Below are positions 51,786-64,000 of a DNA stretch of 64,000 bases, piece by piece. This DNA is from Octopus sinensis (taxonomy: Eukaryota). Position 1 is the stretch's first letter. Each line of letters starts with the position of its first letter. The DNA lies in contig NC_043004.1 in NCBI RefSeq assembly GCF_006345805.1, positions 46,810,001 through 46,874,000 of the forward strand, written 5' to 3'. A program made the position numbers and the translations under genes. Under the pieces are notes generated by a model, which made no database searches, was not told the origin of the DNA, and saw nothing but the letters and a program-made list of their open reading frames with translations.

Positions 51786-52941
51786 TTCGTAAGGAATTTT
51801 CTGCAACAGAAATTACTGAACATCTAGAAACTTCGGGGTTCGAGAAGAATGTAATATAAATAGAGAGAGAGAAAATATTTCGTAGGGAATTTAGGGTATC
51901 TTTGAACAACAGGTTTTAAGTTAATACGTAGGGAATTTTCTGCGACAGAAATTACTGAACATCTAGAAACTTCGGGGTTCGAGAAGAATGTATATAAATA
52001 AGAGAGAGAGAAAATATTTCGTAGGGAATTTAGGGTATCTTTGAACAACAGGTTTTAAGTTAATACGTAGGGAATTTTCTGCGACAGAAATTACTGAACA
52101 TCTAGAAACTTCGGGGTTCGAGAAATGTAATATAAATAAGAAGAGAGAAAATATTTCGTAGGGAATTTAGGGTATCTTTGAACAACAGGTTTTAAGTTAA
52201 TACGTAGGGAATTTTCTGCGACAGAAATTACTGAACATCTAGAAACTTCGGGGTTCGAGAAGATGTAATATAAATAAGAGAGAGAGAAAATATTTCGTAG
52301 GGAATTTAGGGTATCTTTGAACAACAGGTTTTAAGTTAATACGTAGGGAATTTTCTGCGACAGAAATTACTGAACATCTAGAACTTCGGGGTTCGAGAAG
52401 AATGTAATATAAATAAGAGAGAGAAAATATTTCGTAGGGAATTTAGGGTATCTTTGAACAACAGGTTTTAAGTTAATACGTAGGGAATTTTCTGCGACAG
52501 AAATTACTGAACATCTAGAAACTTCGGGGTTCGAGAAGATGTAATATAAATAAGAGAGAGAGAAAATATTTCGTAGGGAATTTAGGGTATCTTTGAACAA
52601 CAGGTTTTAGTTAATACGTAGGGAATTTTCTGCGACAGAAATTACTGAACATCTAGAAACTTCGGGGTTCGAGAAGAATGTAATATAAATAAGAGAGAGA
52701 GAAAATATTTCGTAGGGAATTTAGGGTATCTTTGAACAACAGGTTTTAAGTAATACGTAGGGAATTTTCTGCGACAGAAATTACTGAACATCTAGAAACT
52801 TCGGGGTTCGAGAAGAATGTAATATAAATAAGAGAGAGAGAAAATATTTCGTAGGGAATTTAGGGTATCTTTGAACAACAGGTTTTAAGTTAATACGTAG
52901 GGAATTTTCTGCGACAGAAATTACTGAACATCTAGAAACTT
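51786..52941. repeat. ~138-bp monomer array (about 8.3 copies) at the RTE 5' end
   Basis: CATCTAGAA occurs at 51821, 51960, 52099, 52236, 52375, 52512, 52650, 52789 and 52929. An isolated partial monomer lies at about 51300-51376. Confidence 0.97.
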
Positions 52942-53185
52942 ATATATATATGAGTCTGCGTATATATGTGTATTTGTGTGCCTCTGTATCTACTACCACC
53001 ACAATTTAACAAATGTACTGCTGTCAATGTGCTTACCAGTCCGTGAACCAGCTTTTCAGCAAAAGAGAACGATGGAATAAGTATCAGGATTTTGAAAAAG
53101 GTTTTGGGTCGATTCCTTCGACTAAAACTTCTTCAATGAGGTACCCTAGCACGTCAGAAGTCTGACCACTGAAACAAAAAGAGGA
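52942..53185 (+). mobile_element. SINE family A 3' half (continues 46743-46930)
   Basis: TA/TG tract, then GCAAAAGAGA.CGAT.GAATAAGTA..GGGTCGATT..TCGACTAAA..CTGAAACAA. Confidence 0.75.
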
Positions 53186-53518
53186 AAGACGGTGAAAGGT
53201 AATTGTCATGATAATCTTTGATTAATTTAAATTGTATTCGAAACTGTCTAGAAAATGTATAAATGAGTTCTGCCCATACTACTCAACGACTTCTTAGAAT
53301 CAAAGAATTGTTTGTAATTGGCCTTTGCTTTTCCCTTGGACAACATCGGTATCGTGGAGAGGGAAGACTCTTACGCATGGTCGACCGCTGATATTCCATA
53401 AATAACGTTGCCCGCCTTTCTGACTTGGAGGGTAACATCCTAACTGCAATCCCATGCTCATTCAAGAAAGGAGTATTACTCTCTCTCCCCCCTCTCTCTC
53501 TCTCTTTTTCTCTCTGAT

Positions 53519-53565
<47 letters not shown>

Positions 53566-53827
53566 ATATATACATACATATATACATACATACATATAAA
53601 CACATCATGTATTTATGTATATGTATATCTATGTGTATACATTTGTTCATGTTTATATGCAAGGACAAGATGAACCACTGCAGGAATAAACCTTACCTAA
53701 CGCATGAAGACAACAGAAACAACTTGGTAATACTCCAAACAATGCTCGGAAAATTTTTCACCCATACACTTTCCAATACTATATGAATACGAAGAGGAGA
53801 CAAGCACCCACAACAGCTAGGCCTGCA

Positions 53828-53873
53828 TCCAGAGACATGTATGTGTCTGATTCTTGCTCATCATCAGTCTGGA
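53828..53873 (-). ncRNA. Minimal type I hammerhead-like motif, probably inactive
   Basis: TCCAGA-CTGATGA-TGA(gcaagaa)TCA-GACA-CAT(ac)ATG-TC-TCTGGA. All three stems pair, but the core GAAA reads GACA. Confidence 0.55.
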
Positions 53874-53953
53874 GTAGCATACCCTGCTAGCTGAAGACGC
53901 TTGTAAAGCCTTCGCAAATATATATATTTTCAGTGAAGTTTATTCACTGATCA

Positions 53954-54000
<47 letters not shown>

Positions 54001-54294
54001 TATATGTTTTATAAAACTCTCTGACGAAGCCTAAAGCTATACTCAAGTAACCTAATTTTATCTACAAATTACTACAATACACTGAAAAGATGTGACTTCA
54101 TGGAGGAAACTGCTGCAAGGACACGGCTCCCCTTTCTCTATTCTAGAAATTACTTATATTTTAAACATATATTTATATATTATCTGAACTGTTTAAAATA
54201 AATAAATAGACATAATATAATGTCTAACAGCTATTGAATACTACCTCTGGATTCCCTCCATTTTCTTCTTGCCATATGAATTAAGAGTACTGAG

Positions 54295-54390
54295 GAGATC
54301 GCGATATAGATTTTCATATATTAGCCAGTAAAATCCGCGATGTACTGAGGGCGCGATAGGTGAACCGCGATATGGCGAGGAATTACTGTA
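54295..54390. mobile_element. Tigger/pogo-like terminal fragment
   Basis: GAACCGCGATATGGCGAGGAATTACTG+TA resembles a pogo-type right TIR. No left TIR was found. Confidence 0.45.
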
Positions 54391-56104
54391 TACATATACA
54401 GCTAACACTGTCTAGTGCTCTGACAAATGCAATCAATGTGAGATATCTGGGTAATTTAATATTTAATACTACACTGGTTAGTGCGCCGACATATTATTTG
54501 TTAGCTCTAATATTATCACAAAACCATGTCTTATTGAGTTAAACAAACGAATTCTGATAATGTCTACGTTGTGTAAAGATATAACGAAATATCTAAATCT
54601 TAGTCAAGCGTACATCAATTTTACTGATTGAGCTGTTTTATTTTTGCCTTGGATCAATAAACGTCTTCCGATATCAAGTTATCGTGTAAGTATTTATTTG
54701 ATCTTGAATCTTCTCACCTTCTAATCGATAAAACTTCTCATTGGTTTAATATATGTCCTATTTTTCTTGAAGCTGTTTAGTCCCAAATCGGTCTTGTTAC
54801 CACAGATCATATGATCGAAAGAGCAAAAATCGAACGGGGCAATAAATAAAAATCAACAAATAAATCAATGCTCTCCGATATGACATAGAAGTACTTAAAC
54901 ATTTAAGCAATAATCATATAAAATTGTTTGCGAAGAGAACGACGATGACAAAATATGAATTAAACTCAGATCACCAGCTTACTGAAGTAATGGAGAAGAA
55001 AAACAATGTAGGACAAATTTGCACGCATACGGTGCTTCGAATGGCGGTAATAAAATTTCCTTCAAAAATAATGACGTTAAAAAATAACCCAAATATATTC
55101 TATGCACGGACTGGAATAAGTCCTCAGAGTACGGAAAACTGTGTTTTGGCTTCAAGTTTAATCTGATTATATACGTAACTGAGAGTAAGAGAGAGAGAGA
55201 GGGGAGAGAGAGAGAGGGGAGAGAGAGAGAGAGAGCATGTCTCTCTACACCACATATTCCCTCCCAAGGAGAACTTTAAAATGATGATAAGATCTTGACC
55301 GAAGAGGAAAATGTTTTTCTTGAAGGCTTTGAATGTCATATTCATAACACCTTTTTGCGCTTTAGCCACTTAGCAGAGGAACAATGCATGCTCTGCCATG
55401 TTAGAAGAGGGCGGTAAATTCGGCCGATAGTTAGAAACGACCGATATGTAAGAGCAGCTAATTGACAGCTTTTCGTGTCAATTCCAGATATACACATGCG
55501 GAGGCACGTCAATAATTGTAGAGGTTGTCTCAGACAGGCATTGCACAAAGATTACAGAAAGTGGTTTCTGGTTGATCCAGCACCCTAAATCTTCCAACAC
55601 AAACAAGATTATTCTTCCACGTTGCTACCCAGAGATTGCCGGAGAATCTAATCCATTTTACAATCTACAAGGGCTCTATACATTACCGACGTAGCACTTC
55701 CACCGGTCACATTAAAGATTAACACAAGGCCAATAATTTCAGGAGCAGAAATTATTGGTTGCATACCTTACCTATACTTTACTGGTACTTAATTTATTGA
55801 CTCCGCAAGAATGATGGGCAAAAATACCCCGCCATTCTCAATTTTTGTCGCTGAGAAAAATACCGTTAAACATGTTATTCGTCTTCTGAAGATGTCTGAC
55901 AGTATGCAACCCCATCATTCAATATTTGGAGCAAAGCAAGTGGTCTTGGTGGGAGGAATGTAGTAAATATCGCCCATATCACTACATGTATGTTTCTCTA
56001 TCTTATGGATACTGTAAGATACTTCGGAATTCAGGGCATAAAATACAGGGAGAAGTGCCATGTGACTTCATTTTGACGCACTAACTAGACTGACAGTAAC
56101 AACG

Positions 56105-56174
<70 letters not shown>

Positions 56175-56275
56175 CAATAAGCTTACAATGAGCTTCTCTG
56201 GCCTAGGTGTATGGAAAACACTCGGCAAGAAACGGAAGAAAATTTGAAGAAAGAAGGAAAAAACATACTAATAAC

Positions 56276-56334
<59 letters not shown>

Positions 56335-56335
<1 letters not shown>

Positions 56336-56825
56336 CATGTACATTGTTTTGTCTTGGTATAAAAGATGGGCTACAGCAAATATTCTGCTCAATACCACAG
56401 ATTTGCTTGTCAGTTGTTTGACCTTAACCAGTTGAGCATGTCCCTTAGTGGCTGACGATATGTGCATCTCTGATCACGAGCAGAAGTAGTGGGGGAGCAT
56501 CATAGCCATGTGTTGAGAGGGATTCTTTGGGGTTTGAATAGTTCACCTCTGGAAACCTGGGTGGTTCTTTCAACATCCTTAAACAACCCTTATTCAGGGA
56601 CCTTTTGAGCGGGATGGGCTACTCAACCTGAAGAAAATTCTAACTGGGCTCCACCTGCAAGGTCATGTGCTGTTTATCTTGATATGAGATCACCATGTCG
56701 CGCACATATGGTTGTGATGCATGTGCCTGGTGTGCCTTTATCAGACGGGTAGTCATGATGGGTATACTGGACTTCGTATATATTGCCCCAGTGTCACTTT
56801 GATGGCATGAACTGCTCTCTCACTC
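56335..56825 (+). mobile_element. ~490-bp non-coding element flanked by (TAA)n, copy 1
   Basis: Homologous to 59008-59483 and to the 3'-only piece at 57181-57271. No tRNA head or ORF was seen. Confidence 0.75.
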
Positions 56826-56887
<62 letters not shown>

Positions 56888-56949
56888 TAATAATAATAAT
56901 AATAATAACAACAACAACAATAACGATGATAATCTTTTCTAATTTCTGC

Positions 56950-57147
56950 TATAGGTACAATGCCTTAAATTGTTGAGGATGGTACTAATCTATTACACCG
57001 AATCCAGTGCTCCACAGGAACTTAATTTATAGACCCCCAAAAAAGGTGAAAGACGAAGTCGACCTCGATGGAATTTGAACACAGTACGGGCGAAATATCA
57101 CGAAGCATTTAATCTAGCGTACTAACGATTCTGCGAGGTCCCCATCT
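56950..57147 (-). mobile_element. SINE family B, degraded
   Basis: AAGTCGACCTCG..GGAATTTGAAC..GAAAT..AAGCATTT..CTAACGATTCTGC. Confidence 0.7.
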
Positions 57148-57271
57148 AATAATAATTATAATAATAAAGATAATGATATACACTTATCAGACGGTTAGTC
57201 ATGATAGGTATATTGGACTTTGTATATTTTATCCCAGTGTCATTTTGATAGCATACACTGCTCTCGCACTC

Positions 57272-57327
<56 letters not shown>

Positions 57328-57328
<1 letters not shown>

Positions 57329-57619
57329 TGGAAATAGAGGTAACTAGAATGTGGAATCTGAAAACAGAAACAATTCCTATCATAGTAGGTGCATTAGGCA
57401 TGATAAAAAAATATTCAGACAAATACATAACAAAAACACCAGGACTTACAAACACATATATCATACAGAAAATTGCACTACTAGGCACTGCACACATCCT
57501 ACGCAGAGCACTTTCCATACAATAACCATCAGAGCATCACAACAAATCACAGCACATACCCAAGGCACACAGAGCTGCGCTCGGTAGTGAAGTGAAAGCA
57601 CGCTATAAAAATAAAACTA

Positions 57620-57622
<3 letters not shown>
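57328..57622 (+). mobile_element. R4/Dong-like 3' fragment (295 bp)
   Basis: LEIEVTRMWNLKTETIPIIVGALGMI..LGTAHILRR plus 3' UTR, with (TAA)n on both sides. Confidence 0.9.
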
Positions 57623-57650
<28 letters not shown>

Positions 57651-57652
57651 GT

Positions 57653-58027
57653 ATGCTTTCTAATTGATGTATCAATACCAGCAGATGACAACCTTTCTTT
57701 AAAAGAAATGGAGAAACTTTTAAAAGAGAAACATTTGGAAATAGAGGTAACTTGAACGTGGAATCTAAAAACAGAAACAATTCCTATTATAGTAGGTGCA
57801 TTAGGCATGATAAAAAATATTCAGACAAATACATAACAAAAACACCAGGACTTACAAGCACATATAACATAGAGGAAATTGCACTACTAGGCATTGCACA
57901 CATCCTAGGTAGGACACTTTCAATACATTAGCCATCAGAGAATCACAACAAAACACAGCACGTATCCAAGGCACACAGAGCTGCGCTCGGTAGTGAAGTG
58001 AAAGCACGCTATAAAAATAAAACTACG

Positions 58028-58028
<1 letters not shown>
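57653..58028 (+). mobile_element. R4/Dong-like 3' fragment (~375 bp)
   Basis: CFLIDVSIPADDN through the same 3' end, with (TAA)n on both sides. Confidence 0.9.
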
Positions 58029-58080
<52 letters not shown>

Positions 58081-58103
58081 TAATAATGATAATAATAATA
58101 ATA

Positions 58104-58957
58104 AGCCCCTGCATGGCAAATACTGGACTAAACTAAATGCAAAACAAATAGACAAAGAAAAATCCCAACAATCGTTGAGAAGCTCAGGACTCAAAGCAGA
58201 GACAGAAGGATTTTTAATTGCAGCACAAGTCCAAAGCCTCCCCACCAGAAATTACCAAAAACATGTAATGAAAAGAAATATAACAAGTAACTGCAGAATA
58301 TGTGGAGATGGACAAGAAACAATAAATCATATTATCTCTGGCTGCCCAGTCCTGGCTAAGAAGGAATATATTCACAGACACGACAGCGTTGGGACCTATA
58401 TACACTGGAAACTATGCCAACATTATGGAATAACAACAGAAAAAAGATGGTATAGGCACACACCAGAAAAGGTCACAGGAAACGTGAAAGCAACCATACT
58501 CTGGGATATGACAATACACACAGATAGAGAAATTAAGGCGAACAGACCAGATATAGTTGTCAGAGATCATGAAGAAAACAAATGCTTTCTAATTGATGTA
58601 TCAATACCAGCAGATGACAACGTTTCTCTAAAAAAAAAAGGAGAAACTTTCAAAATACAAAGACCTGGAAAAAGAGGTAACTAGAATGTGGAACCTGAAA
58701 ACAGAAACAATTCCTATCATTATAGGTGCATTAGGCATGATAAAAAAAATATTCAGACAAATACATAACAAAAAGACCAGGACTTACAAATACATATAAC
58801 ATACAGAAAATTGCACTACTAGGCACTGCACACATCCTACGCAGAACACTTCCCATACAATAACCATCAGAGCATCACAACAAATCACAGCACATACCCA
58901 AGGCACACAGAGCTGCGCTCGGTAGTGAAGTGAAAGCACGGTATAAAAATAAAACTA

Positions 58958-58960
<3 letters not shown>
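58104..58960 (+). mobile_element. R4/Dong-like 3' fragment (~855 bp; zinc knuckle + RLE)
   Basis: CRICGDGQETINHIISGC, RHD and NRPDIVV..LIDVS, with the same 3' end and (TAA)n flanks. Confidence 0.92.
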
Positions 58961-59007
<47 letters not shown>

Positions 59008-59483
59008 CCCTGATGCAATACAAGGGCTGCATCAAATTGTCTGCTCAGTACCACATATCTGCTTGTCAGTTTTGTTTTAACTTAACCAGTTTAGCATGTC
59101 TCTTATTGGCTGACGATATGTGCATCTCTGACCACCAGCAAAAGTAGTGGGGAGCACGGTAGCCATGGGTTGAGAGGAATTATTTGGAGTTTTAATAATT
59201 CATTTCTGGAAATATTGGTGTCTTGTCATTATCCTTAAAACAAACCTTATTCAAGGACCGTTTGAGTAGGATGGGCTACCCAACCCGAAGAAAATTCTAA
59301 CTGGGCCCCACCTGCAAGTTCATGCGCTGTTTACCTTGATATGAGACCTTCATGTCGCGCACATATGGTTGTGATATATGTACCTCGTGTAACCTTATCA
59401 GCCGTGTAGTCATGATGGGTATATTGAACTTCGTATCTTTGTACCCCAGAGTCACTTTGATAGCATGCACTGCTATTTCACTC
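59008..59483 (+). mobile_element. ~490-bp non-coding element, copy 2
   Basis: Colinear, diverged match to 56335-56825. Confidence 0.75.
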
Positions 59484-59529
59484 AATGAAAATAATAATAA
59501 TAATGTAGAGACGTTTATTGAAATAGTAG

Positions 59530-59531
59530 TC

Positions 59532-59563
<32 letters not shown>

Positions 59564-59905
59564 TTGGTGGTGGTGGTGATGGTGATGGTACTAGTAGTGT
59601 TAGTAGTAGTAGTAGTAGTGGTGGTAGTAATAGTAGTAGTAGTTATAGTAGTAGCAGCAGCAGTAGTAATAGTAGTAGTAGTAGTAGTAGTTGGAGGAGG
59701 AGTAGTAGTAGTAGCAGTCGTAGGAGTAGGAGTAGGAGTAGGAGTAGGAGTGGTAGTATCAACAGCAGCACTAGCGGTAGGGTTACCGTCAGTGGTTGCA
59801 AGACTATTTATTAAGTGTTTTTCATTAGCCTCTATAATCATCCGTACTACGATCATCACATTCATCTCTGTCGTCGTCATCATCATTATCATCATCATCA
59901 TCATT
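59530..59905. repeat. Compound (TAG)n/(GGAGTA)n/(CAT)n low-complexity tract
   Basis: Directly visible. It explains the poly-V and poly-T ORFs in the track. Confidence 0.9.
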
Positions 59906-60435
59906 CACTCATCCACCTCCTTCACCCTCTCCACCTCCTCCGCCCTTCCTTCTTCTTATACTGCTCATTAAAATAATGGTTATGACAGGCGTTCAAGAAT
60001 ATTAGAAATTGCTATTATTTTCAGTCAGTCATTAATGCAATCATCGTGTAGCGGTTTTCTACATTAGCTGGTGCACTGTTTGATAGCTTGACGGCGAAAT
60101 TAATCGGTCGCACTCTAGCCAGACAAGCAGCTTTAATTTTTGTTGATTAAATCTGTCATATATGGAGATGTTTAGGATTGGATATTTTTCTGTTAATTAT
60201 CGAACTGTCAGATTAATGTTAATAAAGAAAATAATAAGCCCACCTCTGTCTTTAATTTTCTACTATAAGCAGAAATGGTGTCTAAGAATAACCATTAATT
60301 TCATCGAAATCGTGTACATCATTATCGTTCCGTCTATACATATATATCAGTATATGTGTATGTGAACGGAATGCATGCAAGTATCTATGCATGTTACATC
60401 TACGTACACACACATACGCACGCACACATATCACG

Positions 60436-60466
<31 letters not shown>

Positions 60467-61814
60467 GTATGTATGTATATATACATGTATAGGCTTTATA
60501 AATTTTGTGTTAGTCCATTGCAAGTTGGTGCGTGTTAAAATCTGCACCAGCGATGTTTACGTTTTAACATACAACTTGGCGATTACTGTACTTATACGCT
60601 TTTAGAAATATTTTATGCATACATATGTGACTCGGATATGAATTGGCACTTACTTCAGCCTAATAAACATGACATGTGTGAATGCTCTGTTCTGTTTCTT
60701 TGATTTCAATAGACATTATATAGTTATTGCATAACCATCTTAGATTTTAGACTTGGGCTGTTTCAGTAAAACTAATTTTCTGTATAGCTGTCGTGATGGC
60801 TATTGTATAATATGTGTATCTCTCACTGAATGTTTGCATCTCATTGCCTGTCGCTTTTGTTTATTAGAAACAAACTGTATCGAACTAATACATATTACAA
60901 TTCGTACAGAATCTTCACAATCTTTACATATGTTCCGTTCTCTCATTTTTTATCTTTTGTTTTGGAGCGACCGTTGACAGTTATGTTTGTATAAAAATTT
61001 GAACAACCGATACTCTTGCAAATCAAAGATGACGGAGTACATTTACCCAACCATGTGCCTGATAATTTTCCTTTTCAAAGACAGTAAAAAACTCTGTCGG
61101 CGATTATTAGATCCAACATGGAGTGAAAATATTTCAATGTGTTATAGATAGTACTCAAGAATATAACAAAATACATAACGTAGTTACAGATATGTGTTTC
61201 ATTTCTATGGGAGTATATCACTGACATTATAAACTTTCACTCTTAAAATCAGAGACAGACGTTTTACATATGCAATCAGAGTTTGATCATTCTTGCCAAA
61301 TGATTGTTAATAATCAAAACGAATATTTTCTAAGGAATCATTTTCAGGAATTCATATAAATATATCGACGGAGTGTGGTACTGGTTACTTCACGATAAAT
61401 ACACAGTTTTAAATATTTACTTCTGGTAGAGACACGGTAGGTAAACTTCAAGCGTTGTTCTATATATACACTGAATGCGAATAGCAGACAGATTCAGAGA
61501 AAGGAATTCAGAATACTAATTATATAATACGCTAGTAAAAGAAAAGTATGGACAGATACTCGCTTTGAAAGCAACGGAGAGATATGCAAAGTGATTTTGT
61601 CGAATAAAGTTTCAAGTGTATATCACTGTCTTCTTAGCCACAGACTCACATGTAAAATTTTGACAAAAATACACGTTGAGAACGATCTTGGTCAAGGAAA
61701 ATGTACGTAGATGAATAGAAGCGTGCACAGTTTGCAAGTGGCCGGTTTCCTGAATTTGTATGACAAAGACGAGTGTGAGAAGATAACTAGTTATTTCATT
61801 ATGGCGCACTGGAA

Positions 61815-62433
61815 GCTAAACATAGAGGAGGAAAAGAAGGACGGACAAAGGAATTAAATAGGTTACATCGACCTAAATGTGTAACTGGTACTTATTTAAT
61901 CGACCCCGCAAGGATGAAAGGCAATGTCATCCTCGGCGGAATTTGAACTTAGAACGTAACGGCAGACGAAATACATATTTCTTTATTACCCACAAGGGGC
62001 TAAACGTAGAGGAGACAAACAAGGACAGACAAGCGGATTAAGTCGATTATATCGACCCCAGTGCATAACTGGTACTTATTTAATCGACCCCGAAAGTGGA
62101 CCTCGGTGGAATTTGAACTCAGAACGTAACGGCAGGCGAAATACCTATTTCTTTACTACCCACAAGGGGCTAAACATAGAGGGGACAAACAAGGACAGAC
62201 ATAGGTATTAAGTCGATTACATCGACCCCAGTGCGTAACTGGTGCTTAATTTATCGACCCCGAAAGGATGAAAGGCAAAGTCGACCTCGGCGGAATTTGA
62301 ACTCAGAACGTAACGGCAGACGAAATACCGCAAAGCATTTCGCCCGGCGTGCTAACTCTTCTTCCAGCTCGCCGCCTTAAATACCGTTAAGCATTTCGAC
62401 CGGCGCGCAAACGTTTCTGCCAGCTCACAGCCT
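61815..62433 (-). mobile_element. Nested/stacked SINE family B cluster
   Basis: Body (61815-61974), body (61975-62145), full copy (62146-62378) and head (62380-62433). The junctions all fall at GAAATAC. Confidence 0.85.
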
Positions 62434-62522
62434 TGTCAGAAGATAAATATTACCACATCTTTCCCTCTGTCTAACTCTCCTTCTCTCTTTTCCCTCTCTC
62501 TCTCGTTTCTCCCAATTGTATA

Positions 62523-62584
<62 letters not shown>

Positions 62585-62701
62585 CATACATACATATATA
62601 AAAATATATATAAATATATATATAAATAAATATATATACATATATATATATATATACACATATATATATATATACATACATATATAAATATATATAAATA
62701 A

Positions 62702-62733
<32 letters not shown>

Positions 62734-63909
62734 GTATATATATGAAAAACAAAATAAGGAATGGAATAAGAACGTAACAGTCGACAGGAAAATCAAGTAC
62801 GGGTCATTTGGAGCTTTCAACCTTCAGTCGAGTACCAGATCGTCTTTGCAGTTTCGGTTTGTTAATCTTCAGACTATCCTAATCTGGCCGACCCCAAGAA
62901 AATTTAAGTTAAGTGTACTAGATTCTTTGGTAGAAAGCAAACGAATGTGTACGAAAACAAGGAAAAAAATAAAATAGAGAAATGGTACGCTATTACATGT
63001 AGAAACGACGGGGCATTAATAGGACGAAATAAATTAAGCTGGTGTGTGGAAGTGATGCCTTACCGCAGGAACATTGAAGATGAAAGTCATGGGAAGGAAT
63101 ATCAGAAATGCTACATGTATGGTAGTCGTACCATTCTTGTAGTCCTTTACATGTCTGATCCCTCAGGCTGTGGCCATGTTACAGCACCACCAGTGAATAC
63201 GAATTGAGCACCTCCAGGGAGTATACGCATAATTTATAAGCCTTTGTGTGTGTGTGGTGTAAATATTTGTATATAAGTCTCTCTCTTTTTTTTTCTCTGT
63301 ATGACTCTCTCTCTCTCTCTCTCTCTCAATTGATTGATCGACGTTTACTCTTTTCGGAGGACAGAGCCCATTCGGCCAACAAGGGTTTTCATGAAAAAGC
63401 CAACATTAATCACTCAATCTCCAGGTATTTTTCTAACTCTATAGAAGAACGAAAAACCGACACGCTTTCCAAAACCAGTTGCCGTTTAATCATTTATCAA
63501 ATACTTAGTATACATAACAATTTTCATGCATCATGTAAGAAAATAAGAAAATAATGCTGAGTAAAAAAAATGACTTCTTATGAATTTAAATAATTTTGCT
63601 GCCCTCCTTAACTCTTGTTGCTTGGGCATGAAATGGAGGATGATAGAAAATTTCATCAGTTTTATTATGAGTGGAGAATAGGACATGATGTTGTAAAAAG
63701 AACTAGTCGCTATGTCCACCGAGCATTTACACAGACAATCATTAAGGAAATTATGTTTACAACTCTTTCAAATGTTGTATAGTGAAGAGGGGAGACATGC
63801 AGTTGAAGTTTATGGCAAACATGGTTTGGCGGTTGTTATGGACATTTCTAGACCATTTTCGAAAGGTTCAATGGAAAACATTTGGAGAGTTTGAAAAAAA
63901 CTAAACATT

Positions 63910-64000
63910 GATTTCAAATTTGTGGCAAAAGGCCAGCAATTTCGGGGGATTGGTTAAGTCGATTACATCACTCAAGTGGTAATTATTTTTATCGATTTCG
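63910..64000 (-). mobile_element. SINE family B 3' part, cut by the window edge
   Basis: CAAATTT.TGGC..AAGGCCAGCAATTT..TAAGTCGATTACATC. Confidence 0.6.

Larger units (their letters stand above)
46931..52941 (-). mobile_element. Full-length RTE-clade LINE (~6.0 kb)
   Basis: (GAT)n tail at 46931, an intact ORF, and a long repeat-containing 5' region. The two halves of a SINE flank it in matching order. Confidence 0.9.

Noticed and set aside
51786-52941. 138-bp array (and the 600-bp and 160-bp arrays) as CRISPR-like
   Set aside because: Whole units are repeated with no unique spacers, there are no cas genes, and the context is eukaryotic.
55400-55760. Unique, slightly GC-elevated stretch with homeobox-like motifs (TAATTGACAG, TAATCC)
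   Set aside because: Short motifs occur by chance, and enhancer status cannot be judged without cross-species alignment.
63790-63895. AVVMDISRPF resembling the RT motif AVALDISKAF
   Set aside because: It is a single short degenerate motif with no supporting neighbours.

Overview
AT-rich, microsatellite-dense eukaryotic DNA made mostly of transposable elements. It is probably from an octopus or other coleoid cephalopod; this is inferred from the two dominant tRNA-derived SINE families and was not database-checked. No host protein-coding gene can be supported. The one long intact ORF (47918-51040, minus, 1040 aa) is an RTE-clade LINE with an AP endonuclease and reverse transcriptase. That LINE sits in a 6.0-kb insertion (46931-52941) that splits an older SINE and carries a 138-bp monomer array at its 5' end. 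Also present are a 5'-truncated CR1-like LINE, several decayed mariner/Tc1 transposons, a Penelope-like RT fragment, a stack of R4/Dong-like fragments in (TAA)n tracts, and about 20 SINE copies. The most striking observation is a non-coding repeat family at about 8.5-12.6 kb carrying type I hammerhead ribozyme motifs. Three near-identical copies lie in a ~600-bp tandem array and a diverged fourth lies upstream with different but still complementary stems. All four have an unusually long stem II and a minimal stem III, resembling a retrozyme or Penelope-derived self-cleaving RNA. All RNA structures were folded by eye and none is experimentally verified.
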